DNA of 64,000 nucleotides from a virus. A program made the translations under genes and the position numbers. Below the pieces are notes generated by a model that was not told the origin of the DNA, did no database searches, and saw nothing but the letters and a program-made list of their open reading frames with translations. Positions 36,482 to 46,300 of the stretch are shown here, one piece after another (positions within the stretch are counted from its first letter, which is position 1; every line of letters begins with the position of its first letter). Where the stretch lies: IMG/VR virus record IMGVR_UViG_3300012953_000001, positions 1-64,000 of that record, one strand, 5' to 3'.

Positions 36482-38308
36482 TTACTCCCGCCCCATCTTA
36501 GAGAGGCCAGCTAAAGCGCCAGCACCCAGCATGGGGGCTGCGGCAGCTTGAGAAAAGGTTAGCCTTGCAGGGGAAACCATCTGATTAATTCGTTTTTGTG
36601 CCCCACCTCGCATGGCCCCTCGCCCTGCTTCAGCAAGCCTTCTAGCCGCACCACCGGTCATTCGGCCAAAATCCCTAGACGCTGGCGAAACAAAAACATC
36701 CATGGCGTGTTCGCCAAGTCTTTGCTTCATCGTCTTTTTCATGCCAGGAAGGAAGGCTTCTCGGATGCCTTGGGCAGCGGATTGTAGGCCCTTTTTCTGT
36801 ACGTACTTAGACCTGACTGCGAGTCCTTTGATACCGCCGATCAGACCATGCGACCCTAACGCAGCAAGGGGTAAAGCAGCTAATCCGCCCGTAGCAGTTG
36901 CAGCCGCACCCAGACCAACGCCGCCTCCAAGAAGGGCTAGATCTACACCAAGACCCTTCTTTTTAGCATCAGCTTGTAAGGCTTTGGGTAACCCTTGAAC
37001 TGCCTTACCGCCCTGAGACAACGCACCGCGACCTCCGTGCATTAACTGGTTGTACAGCCCGGACATCCCTGTTCGTTTAAAAATCTTCTTCTTGCCTACC
37101 GCCATGTCAATAGCATCAGGAAGCTGATTCCACACAGGAACGGGTTCCCCGCGCTTACTCCAGCGCATTGTGGGCGTAATGTACCTCTTGGCAGTGAGGA
37201 GGGCGGTCTCTCTGTACGCGGGTGGAACCCCACGGAGAAGTTTACCAATCTCGATACCCATCTGCCTGTTATATTTTAGCTCTGGGGCAAGCATTCCTAG
37301 GCCAAGACCTGCGCGGGTACCAACCCCCCGACGACCAGCTAGTCCTTCGCGAATCCCCATCGCCAATTGTTTGGTTTTAATTGTATTGGTGGCCCCCAGA
37401 ACCTTAGAGCCCCCGGGAACTTTGGACAGCCCTCTGCCCATCTTCCCGTACCCCATGGCCGCTTTGGTCGCGATGTGTCCCGCGCCAACCATTGGCAAAC
37501 CATGTGCAAGCATGTCCACAATAGATTTTCCAAGAAAAGCCGCGCCACCCAAACCGGCAGCAGCAGTAGCAGACCCCTCTTTTTTGAGAGCTTTCATCGC
37601 GCCATCAACAGCCGCAGACAAAACCAGACCGCCTAGAACTCCACCAGCGGCACCCCCACCTGCTGCTGGAAGAGCTTTCTTAAATACCTGTGTAGTCAAT
37701 TTGCCACCACTCATACCTTTTTGCAGAGCAACGCTTTCCGCTCCACGAGAGAGGGCACCAATTGCTGCGCCAGAAAGTGCGGGGGTTAGGTATTTCGCTA
37801 ACGCCCCGCCCCCCTTCTTACTCTTCTTCCTGCCCGAAGCAATGCTCAAGCCTAGAAGAATCGCTGAAGGGGTCTTATACGCAATGCGGGTCCCTCCGAT
37901 AATCGCGCCCCGTTTTGCGGATAAAGACTTCCCAAGGCCCCCAGACCTAGCGGATTTGTACCCCTCAATAAAACCCTTTTGTCCTTGATACGCAGCAGCA
38001 CTAGACCCCAGTAGGGCTAGTCCCGTTCTTTGTTTTGATTTGTCTTTTGATGTTACATAGTCGAGGCCTTTAAGAAATAGCGGAGCAGAGGCTACGCCGA
38101 CAGCCCCACCAATAGCCCTTCCGCTACCTCGACCTTTTAACCCACTGACGAGTAGGTCTTTGAGTTTGGTTTTGCTCCCTCGCAACTTTGCTTCAGTTGC
38201 GTGCTCAATGGAGCCTTTTGGAAGATCCCCTAGAACCGCCTTGAGCCCAAAGGCGGGAGCGGTCTTAAGCATGGTATCAAAATATTTTGGTTTGTTATCT
38301 TTCGCCAT
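36482..38308 (-). CDS. Large basic multi-glycine-zipper protein (candidate ejection/membrane protein)
   Basis: At least seven Gly/Ala-rich hydrophobic stretches; LKTAP and LKKEGS motifs at module starts. Confidence 0.65.
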   Translation of the reverse strand: MAKDNKPKYFDTMLKTAPAFGLKAVLGDLPKGSIEHATEAKLRGSKTKLKDLLVSGLKGRGSGRAIGGAVGVASAPLFLKGLDYVTSKDKSKQRTGLALLGSSAAAYQGQKGFIEGYKSARSGGLGKSLSAKRGAIIGGTRIAYKTPSAILLGLSIASGRKKSKKGGGALAKYLTPALSGAAIGALSRGAESVALQKGMSGGKLTTQVFKKALPAAGGGAAGGVLGGLVLSAAVDGAMKALKKEGSATAAAGLGGAAFLGKSIVDMLAHGLPMVGAGHIATKAAMGYGKMGRGLSKVPGGSKVLGATNTIKTKQLAMGIREGLAGRRGVGTRAGLGLGMLAPELKYNRQMGIEIGKLLRGVPPAYRETALLTAKRYITPTMRWSKRGEPVPVWNQLPDAIDMAVGKKKIFKRTGMSGLYNQLMHGGRGALSQGGKAVQGLPKALQADAKKKGLGVDLALLGGGVGLGAAATATGGLAALPLAALGSHGLIGGIKGLAVRSKYVQKKGLQSAAQGIREAFLPGMKKTMKQRLGEHAMDVFVSPASRDFGRMTGGAARRLAEAGRGAMRGGAQKRINQMVSPARLTFSQAAAAPMLGAGALAGLSKMGRE

Positions 38309-38627
38309 TACTTTCGACCACCTTCGCTATCTTCCCGACCAATGTTTCAACCAGATAATCGTTAAGTGTATCTACGTTTTTTATCTCGCCGTACCAGCTA
38401 TCCACTTCGGGAACAAATTCTACAATAATATTCTCTGGGGGAAACCCTCCCAATGCGTTGGTAATACTATCGCCAAACCCTTTTGGGAATTCTGGCTCTC
38501 CCCAAAAATGAAATTTAACGCCACTATCAACCAGCAAGTACTCAGACCGGACACCAGGGATTGCGGTCTTTGCCTCAGTAAAAATGACCGGCTCAATTCT
38601 AAACCCATCTTTGTTATTACCAAACAT
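38295..38627 (-). CDS. Hypothetical acidic protein
   Basis: GAGGAG RBS; 110 aa. Confidence 0.6.
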   Translation of the reverse strand: MFGNNKDGFRIEPVIFTEAKTAIPGVRSEYLLVDSGVKFHFWGEPEFPKGFGDSITNALGGFPPENIIVEFVPEVDSWYGEIKNVDTLNDYLVETLVGKIAKVVESNGER

Positions 38628-38640
38628 ACTTACTGACTCC

Positions 38641-39420
38641 TCACTTCAAATCTTCGATGCTGCTAATATCCCGCTTGCCTAGCTTAATGGCAACAGTCTT
38701 TAGCTCATCAAGAACTTGGCGAACCTCGTCCCCTGTTTTATTCATTTCTTCCGTAGCTTTGAATATATTCTCTGCCCACATCTTCGCAGTCATAGCTGTA
38801 TCGCGGTTATTTGGTGAAGTTGTTGTTTCAAAAAACCGCATGGCAGATTCATGAAACACGCTTCTAATAACGTCTTTCTGCGATAACTCAACACGGTAGC
38901 CGAGTCGCCATAAGGCATACTCAAGCCCCTGCTTGTAGCATTGGCTAAGCACCTCACCGTTTGGGTGGGACTCCAGATACTCTAGCCACTCATTACTGGA
39001 TAATAAATCCCTGTTCCAAAAGTAATGGCGATAGAAATCTATTGTCTTTTTAGACAGTTTGACGCCACAAACTTCCACAACATACTTAGTAATGTCCTTC
39101 AGACTTGCATCACAGATAATGAGTGCTTCAAGCACGGGTCGAAGTTTTGTCTGCCCCAATATGTCCCTTGCGCGAATAGCGTCAGGCTGCTCAGACGCTA
39201 GAGACATTACTCGCTGTCGTCTAACCCAAACCCTTGTGGGGTTGTTGTTCAGATCAAGTCTTGCAGGCCTTGTTTCATCAAGCTGGGTAGAAAGCTCCCT
39301 TAAATACGCCTCAGTGGGCTCAGGCATTGCGTACATACGCGCAGCTTCCCTGATCTGTCCTGAGGAGAGACCAGAGAACAGCAGCATATACTTAAGCCAG
39401 TATTCATTGGGTTGCTTCAT
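38641..39420 (-). CDS. Helical protein with HTH-like segment; candidate terminase small subunit (unproven)
   Basis: SLKDITKYV…LSKKTIDFYRHYF is HTH-like, followed by C-terminal helices; the ORF is solid but the function is a guess. Confidence 0.4.
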   Translation of the reverse strand: MKQPNEYWLKYMLLFSGLSSGQIREAARMYAMPEPTEAYLRELSTQLDETRPARLDLNNNPTRVWVRRQRVMSLASEQPDAIRARDILGQTKLRPVLEALIICDASLKDITKYVVEVCGVKLSKKTIDFYRHYFWNRDLLSSNEWLEYLESHPNGEVLSQCYKQGLEYALWRLGYRVELSQKDVIRSVFHESAMRFFETTTSPNNRDTAMTAKMWAENIFKATEEMNKTGDEVRQVLDELKTVAIKLGKRDISSIEDLK

Positions 39421-39428
39421 AAGTTTTA

Positions 39429-41420
39429 CTACGCCAGTGAAACATTAGCTCTGATTTGTAACTTCTTAAGCCCTTGCGTTGCCCTCTCAAGGCCACGAAG
39501 AGCCGAAGAGACAGCGCTCTCAGGAACATCCGAGAGCCCCAAGCGAACCCCCACAAGAAGTTCTGCCAGCTTGGAAGAAGCTTCTTCAAGTGTAGGAATC
39601 GCATCAACGTATCCCATGATGTTCTCAGGAGTAACGAAATTGAGTGACAGGACGGAGTCCACAGTTCCAGCAGCGGTCAATGCTGCGGCCTCTTTTGTGA
39701 GGTCCATATTGATGACCTTAGCCAACTCAATAAGCTCGCTATCTACCTGGGCGACCTTCTCCTTCTCGCCTAATCGCTTATCTGCCACAAAGGAGATCGA
39801 GGTGTTCTTGGCTGCGGACGCCAACTTCTTAACAGCACCATCAGGAGTATCTCCCAATACGCCAAGAAGAAGTAAAGACTCTTGCCCAGTAAGACCCGCG
39901 CTCTTAATCAAGCCGTCAACAGGTCTGCCAGAAAAAGCGAACTCGGAGCCATCTGAACGGATAGTGACCTCCATCATCCGGTCCTTCCTAGACGCAATCT
40001 TGTCCATCGCAACAGCATCAGTTGCGTAGCGTCCACCAAAGGCGAGGGGCACAAACGTGGCATCCTCAGGAAATAAGTAGTCGTTTCTTTCGATGTGGAG
40101 AGGCTTCCGCACGTTGGCAATCTTCAGCATCCCGCGACCCCTGATTGGGTGGTCGTAGATGTAGGAGTCACCATTATCGTCGGACACCTTGTGAAGAATA
40201 CTCAGAGGCTCTGTAACAACTCCTGCCTCTTTATATACAAAGACGCCTTCCCCATGCGGGTCTGCGCCAGCCAAGGTATCTAGATCCAAGGTGCCACAAG
40301 ATACGCCTGCTACCTTTTCCTGGAAAGCCGCACCGGACTTACCTACGACAAGGCACAGATCCATACGACTGCCATCAAGCGATTCCACATCCGTGATAAC
40401 AGCGGCTCTTTGGGCACTCCCTGATTTAGTCATAACGGAGTAGACCCCGTTCCCATCCACAGTCTTCAGGTTGGCAGTCTTCTCAACTGAAACTAGTTCG
40501 GAGTTACTTTCTGGAACAATGAGAGTGCTGCCATGATTAATTACATGCTGTCGAATCTCTAAAGGAATCTCCTGCCCGTCAACGTTGCTAAGGAAAATCT
40601 CTTGGGAAGTCCCGTCCACAGAAGCCATCTTTAGGGAGTAACCACCATCAACCTTAGAGATGATTGTGGCATCGAAGTCGTCGATGTTACCGGCAGGCTC
40701 AGAAGGGGTTCCATGAGCCTTTTCGGAATTCTCGGCAAGCTTTACGATTGCTGCGCTGAATGCATCATTCAACATAATAGCATCTTTAAGGGATTGATCG
40801 CCCGCCACCTTATGGAGGAACTCTTCGACAGCACGAGAGTCAATCGATGGGGACACTGCATCTAAAACAGATGCCTGCTTCACCGTGGCGTTTGTCGCAC
40901 CGCCCTGACCACCACCATACGCCTGCTGAGGCTCTTCTGGTGTAGTTACGGGGTTGAGTGCCCCACTCGGGTTCGGGGCCACGATGTACTGAGACATATC
41001 GAATAGAGCACGAGAAATGCGCTCCTCGTTCAGAGGGAGAAACCTTCCGTCTGGCGAAATGAACACGTCAAAAGAGTACGCCTTCTTGTTCTCCACAATG
41101 ATTGGGATGCGCAAAGAGGTTTTCTTCTCTTCTGGGCTTACTGGTTGCTCAGGGGATCTAACCATTTCTCCCATGCGAGACTGGCCGGGTCCTGCGGGGA
41201 CATCGGGCGCATGAGAAACCATGAACACGCCGTACATGTAACCAAGACTTTCGTCCTGGCCATCGATGGACATGTTTACTTTGTACTTACCTAAAAAAGA
41301 GTGCTGCTTATATAGATGCGCGAGCAACTCACTAGGATAAGTGCTGGGGTTGTCTCCCAACATAAATTTAGACGCCGTTTTCTCGAACGTCGGTCGTTGT
41401 AATTTTCTAACGAGTTCCAT
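39429..41420 (-). CDS. Large head core/inner-body-like protein with many K-x-A-S motifs
   Basis: FEKTAS, VKQAS, LKMAS, VEKTAN, DKIAS, KKLAS, TKEAA. Confidence 0.65.
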   Translation of the reverse strand: MELVRKLQRPTFEKTASKFMLGDNPSTYPSELLAHLYKQHSFLGKYKVNMSIDGQDESLGYMYGVFMVSHAPDVPAGPGQSRMGEMVRSPEQPVSPEEKKTSLRIPIIVENKKAYSFDVFISPDGRFLPLNEERISRALFDMSQYIVAPNPSGALNPVTTPEEPQQAYGGGQGGATNATVKQASVLDAVSPSIDSRAVEEFLHKVAGDQSLKDAIMLNDAFSAAIVKLAENSEKAHGTPSEPAGNIDDFDATIISKVDGGYSLKMASVDGTSQEIFLSNVDGQEIPLEIRQHVINHGSTLIVPESNSELVSVEKTANLKTVDGNGVYSVMTKSGSAQRAAVITDVESLDGSRMDLCLVVGKSGAAFQEKVAGVSCGTLDLDTLAGADPHGEGVFVYKEAGVVTEPLSILHKVSDDNGDSYIYDHPIRGRGMLKIANVRKPLHIERNDYLFPEDATFVPLAFGGRYATDAVAMDKIASRKDRMMEVTIRSDGSEFAFSGRPVDGLIKSAGLTGQESLLLLGVLGDTPDGAVKKLASAAKNTSISFVADKRLGEKEKVAQVDSELIELAKVINMDLTKEAAALTAAGTVDSVLSLNFVTPENIMGYVDAIPTLEEASSKLAELLVGVRLGLSDVPESAVSSALRGLERATQGLKKLQIRANVSLA

Positions 41421-41432
41421 TATTTATACCCC

Positions 41433-41924
41433 TTAAGACCATGGCAACACTATGGGTGTTGGCGCTGGTGTTGTCTGAAGACCAGTTATGGCCCAAGTCA
41501 ATAATACTCCGTGTAGAGCGGTTGTTGAAGGCATTGTAGATTCCGAAGGCGGTAATGCTAACAACACACTCAGATTAAGTGGCGCTGCTGGCGGTGTATG
41601 CGTAACCGGAGGCGGTGGCATAACATTACCAGGAGACGCGCATAAAGCAGCGAAGGCTGTAAAACCAACCTCTAATGCCTGCTGGCTCATAGCTTGGGGC
41701 GAAGACATAACACCTAGAGCAGCCCCTATAAAAGCTTGTTTCCCTAAGCCCAGCCCTACAGGTGTCCAGGCTGGTATAACTGACTGCTGGAAAAATGCTT
41801 CCGCAACGTTTGCCCACTTCTCAGCGGCGTTCCAGCTTTGTAGGGCTTCCTCAGATTGAGGTAGCCCACCTACAATATTTTGTACTTGAGCATCCATAGG
41901 TGCTGCTGCTGCGGCTAAAGGCAT
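41433..41924 (-). CDS. Spike-associated hypothetical protein
   Basis: Start coupled by TAATG overlap to the spike stop codon at 41924-41926. Confidence 0.55.
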   Translation of the reverse strand: MPLAAAAAPMDAQVQNIVGGLPQSEEALQSWNAAEKWANVAEAFFQQSVIPAWTPVGLGLGKQAFIGAALGVMSSPQAMSQQALEVGFTAFAALCASPGNVMPPPPVTHTPPAAPLNLSVLLALPPSESTMPSTTALHGVLLTWAITGLQTTPAPTPIVLPWS

Positions 41925-43300
41925 TACGGTTTCACCTTTACTTTTTGTGACCCCACGCTCGGTGTGAACGACGGAATCATAGGCCCACTCGGACCCCAGG
42001 CGGTAACGCACTGGAACGCGGACTTCATAAAAGTTTCTAGGTCTTCGAACCGAACAACCATATTATCAGCACCTTCTCCTAGCTCTATATTCTCACTAGC
42101 TTTTAGAATCACGTCTTTACTAGTAAATTCAATACTATTAACAACTTCCCACACAACTTTCTTGCACGCCATCTTGAATTCATTGGATTTAAGAAACTCG
42201 GCGTAAGAGTCGCCTGACGCGTCTTTAGCCCCATCGCCCCAATCTAGTCTAGCGGAGCCATGTACTGATGCGTACACATCTTTTTCTACCTCATGCCGAA
42301 TACTTCCCTTAGAAAAAACAAAGTTGTCTCCGTCCCTGTTTAACTGGAAGGCGTAAGTCACCTTTCCGCTATTATCACCATCATCGTGATTATAAACAGT
42401 AATACTTATAACACCCTTCTCTTCTGCGGTAATACCCTCTTCTGGTGGACCGCCCCTACTTTGCATAAGATCGGCATTTGCAAAAATATGTTCTGCATCC
42501 ACCTCGGTGTCTAATGTCTCGTCGGTTAAACGGCCTACCCTAAGCTCAACGGTATATTTGCCTTTTGACACATCTTCCTGTGCCAAATCTTTGATATTGT
42601 ACCGCACGATGCAGGGGGTTTCTTCTGCGGTCTTAAGCGCGTTCTTTTGGCCCTCGTCTAAAAAATAGTTGGACGATGGTACGCTTCCTGTCCCCCCTGC
42701 TGGATTCTCTCCTGCGGAAAGAACAGCGTGCCCCCATTCAATTTCTCCTACCGGGGAAAAAGCTTGGTACCTTTGGAAGTAGTCCCTAATGACGTTTTCC
42801 ACGGGCAGGTACACTCTTTGTGCTAGTCCCGTAGCCCCGATCTGGACTATTCCACCCCTACGCAAGACAATTTGATTCTCGTCTACGGTGCTCAGCATGA
42901 TGTCGCCAGCTTCAAGTGGATCTCTAAACCCACGATAACTAGGCCCCAAATCTTGGTGAGACTCGTCTATCGTATCCTCGTCCTCGTCCGCCTCATTCGC
43001 GGCCTGCGTGACAGGGGTCAACACAAACCCCAGGATAAAAGATGTCCGATCTGCGCAAGAGCAGATGTAGCAAAGCGAATCAACCTCGGGTATGAAGTTT
43101 ATGCCTCCAGCATGGTCTCTATTACAGTAAGGGACCATGAATGGGATATCCACCATCGTCTGCATGGTGAACACTGTTTGAACGTCCACAGTCCACTCTT
43201 TGACGTTCACATTTGTGACTTTCGCCAAGGTTATCTTTGGTGGCCCGTCCGCATAACCAGACTCGCTCGCGTATCCATCATTTTTTGGATCTTCTGCCAT
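41924..43300 (-). CDS. Baseplate central spike (gp5/gpV/VgrG-like)
   Basis: N-terminal OB-fold LAKVTNVN…TVDV…GGINFIPEVDS; beta-helix-like C-terminus ending GPSGP. Confidence 0.7.
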   Translation of the reverse strand: MAEDPKNDGYASESGYADGPPKITLAKVTNVNVKEWTVDVQTVFTMQTMVDIPFMVPYCNRDHAGGINFIPEVDSLCYICSCADRTSFILGFVLTPVTQAANEADEDEDTIDESHQDLGPSYRGFRDPLEAGDIMLSTVDENQIVLRRGGIVQIGATGLAQRVYLPVENVIRDYFQRYQAFSPVGEIEWGHAVLSAGENPAGGTGSVPSSNYFLDEGQKNALKTAEETPCIVRYNIKDLAQEDVSKGKYTVELRVGRLTDETLDTEVDAEHIFANADLMQSRGGPPEEGITAEEKGVISITVYNHDDGDNSGKVTYAFQLNRDGDNFVFSKGSIRHEVEKDVYASVHGSARLDWGDGAKDASGDSYAEFLKSNEFKMACKKVVWEVVNSIEFTSKDVILKASENIELGEGADNMVVRFEDLETFMKSAFQCVTAWGPSGPMIPSFTPSVGSQKVKVKP

Positions 43301-46300
43301 TAATATGGCCCTCCCTTGGACTTGTCTTTATGCCCAAACTCCGCGCTATAAGCTAAGCCCGGTGCTGGGTGGAGTCCGTGAATATCGGACTCCCATCCCT
43401 CATTGGCTGCTCTGATAAAGGTCTCCTTCAGCTTTCTGTACTGGAGTCTGGCTAGCCAATCTGTTGTTTGATCCAGCGGCAAGGTCTCTACACCACGAAG
43501 AACTGGCACTGTCTGTATAGGATTCTTCATAGTTTTATTTAGTGACCCTGCATGGGATAAAGAAATGTAGTCGCCTCGGATAAACTTAGGGGAGTCTCCT
43601 GGGTCAACAACTTTGCCGAGGTTGGTAAGCGCCTTGGTGACAACCTCAACATTTCTTTTCTTAATGCCCTCACTGGCATAGACCTTGTGGATCTCGTCTG
43701 CCAGATACCGCTGAACTGTTTCTATGTTCGTCTTTTCAAGAAGATCGTGTGGGTTTATTATGCCCGACGAAATAGGCTGTCCCTTACGGATCTTCTGTCC
43801 CTTTTTAACTGTGACCCTAAGGTTCCCAGGAATGTAAGCGTCCTGCGTACCTATGACTAAGTCATACCCACCAACAGGGCTCTCCTTGACGGATTTAACC
43901 TCTCCAGCCATAGGGGAAAGGGTCGCTGCATGAGCCAGGGTTTCTGGCATCTTTAGAAGCTGGGATACACGGTCGATCCCGCCAACAACGGAGCTTCCTC
44001 CTCCTGCGACACCACCTGTATGGAAAGCTTTCATGGAAAGCTGCGTTCCGCGTTCACCAATAGCAGTTCCCGCGATTAGCCCAATATTTGTGCCTTTGGA
44101 GATAACTGTTCCGTCATCGGTGACCCCGTAACACTTAGAGCATAAGCCCTTGGAAAGTTCACACTTCAGGGGCGATCTAGCAATAACTCGATCTACTTTC
44201 GCAGACTTGAACTTAGAAAGAAGATTAGGAGTAATAAGGGTATTCGCAGAGACCTTGAGCCCACCAGAGGAAATGGGCTTCGCAGTAAACCTATCTACTA
44301 AGTCCGAGTCCGTGACGGGTAAGGCGATGCCCTTAGTGGTTCCGCAGTCATCATTGGATACGATGTAGGAGATGGTCGTGTTAGCAATTTGCTTGTTTAA
44401 CGCCCCAGGCTTCTGGACCGACTGAACCTTTTTAATCAGGCCCGATCTCGCACCAGAAGTAGTTACCCAGTAGTCCGAAGACTTAAGTCCCTCTGAATAA
44501 GACCTTGAAATTGGGACTGGGATGACTCTGCCCTGAGCGTTCTCCACAAGCATCGGAGAAATAATCATCTGCTTCAACTGCGCCCAAGATGGTTTAACAC
44601 CGGCTTTTTCCATAGCCCTTAGCTTATTCCCGTCCTTATCTAACAAGCCCCGAGCCTCTTTACTCATGGCGTCAGAAGCATCTGTGTAAAGCTTAACAAC
44701 CTTAAGGTCTGCGGCTTCCTGGGAAAGCATGTTCATGGAAACTTGTTTGCGAATCACAGACTCTTGCTTCGCAGCTTTAGCCATGTGCTTCTCTCGAATC
44801 TCCCGCAATGGGAGGAAGTCGGAGAGCCCAAAACTAAAGCCGATGTTGTAAGCGTGCCCGAACCCAAGATCTTTAATCTTATCTGCGGTATTGGCGAACT
44901 CGGAAGGTGTCTTTGTCGCGAGGTCCCTAAGAACAGATTGTAGTCTACCCTTATCTACAACAGCCTTTGGATCCTTTAAAAATTCTTCTGACTGAATTTT
45001 GGAAGGCAGTTTGCTGTTGAAGAGCAGTCTCCCCGCTGTCGTCTTTATAGCCCCAACCTGCACAACATCTGTCATGCTTGTTTCGCCAGACTTAGCGGAG
45101 TCAATCGCTTCCTTAGCATTCTTAAAGCGGTTATTGGAACCCTTGCCCCAACGAGTGAGAAGGTACAGACCAAGCTGCCCTTCAAGGGTTGGTTGATACA
45201 TTACCCTTCCAGTAGCTGGGTTAAACAGGTTCTTGGAAGGCATCATCTTTTGTGCCTCGTCAACCGCCTCCTGCGATACAGGGACAAATACCGCCATGGT
45301 ATCCCCGTCAAAGTCAGCGTTAAATCCACCGACAACCAGTGGGTGGATGTGGATAGCAGACTCATCATGGAGCTTTGGCTTAAAGGCCATAATCCCAAAC
45401 TTATGCAGTACTGGATCTCTTTTAAAGAGTACTGGCCTCTTACTAACTGCAATATCAAGCGCCTTGTTCGCCAAGGAACTCTTCTTGTCTACTTCTTCTC
45501 GTGCCTGCAAGGGGGTGTACCCCATCTTTACAAGCTCTCTTACAACGAACGGGCGATAGATTTTCATCGCACCCTTCCGTGGCAGACCAAGCTCATCAAG
45601 ATGCAGTTCCATATTAGGCACAATAACGGAACGCATACTTATGTCTTGTCGCCTATCTACTAGCCGTTGAAGGAAGTAGCTCTGCTTAGGTGAGGATCGC
45701 CCGGACAAAATATGAAGAATCCCCGGAGGCCTTGGCTGACCGTCTGTGGTCAAGCCGCCCTGCGTCATTGTCTGGACACCCATCAGAGCTTCTGTCGCTG
45801 AGTAAAGATCCTCCCTAAGCTTAGTAATCTCACTATCCGGAAGGACCCCTTTGGCCTCGTTCAGCTTCTTATTTAGAAGAGCGATGTCTCTGTAAAGCAT
45901 GTTGACGCCATCAATGTTCAAGTCACCGCCCTCCATGGCAGTAATCGGACGGAACAGAGGCGGCAACACTGGGACGTGATCCAGTACGTAGGCTTCAGCA
46001 GCACTGATGTTGTTGTTCTTGAGCATCAAGCTGTACTTGATTTTCTTGTTGACTTTATCGAGGTCATTGCGGCGAACCGTTTTGATCTTCTCTTTTGCCT
46101 CCGCAAGCTCCTTATCAAGGTCCAGTCCTTTAAGGGCCGCAACTATGGCAGAGGGACCAGTGCTTACCCCATCACCCGACGCTACAACGTCTCCCTCGGC
46201 GTTAAACCCTAATTTACCGTCAATGATACCGTCGTACTCTTTTCCAGTAATCCCAAGGAGAGAGCGTACGCCTTTTTCGAAGACAGGATTGGGTATGGAC

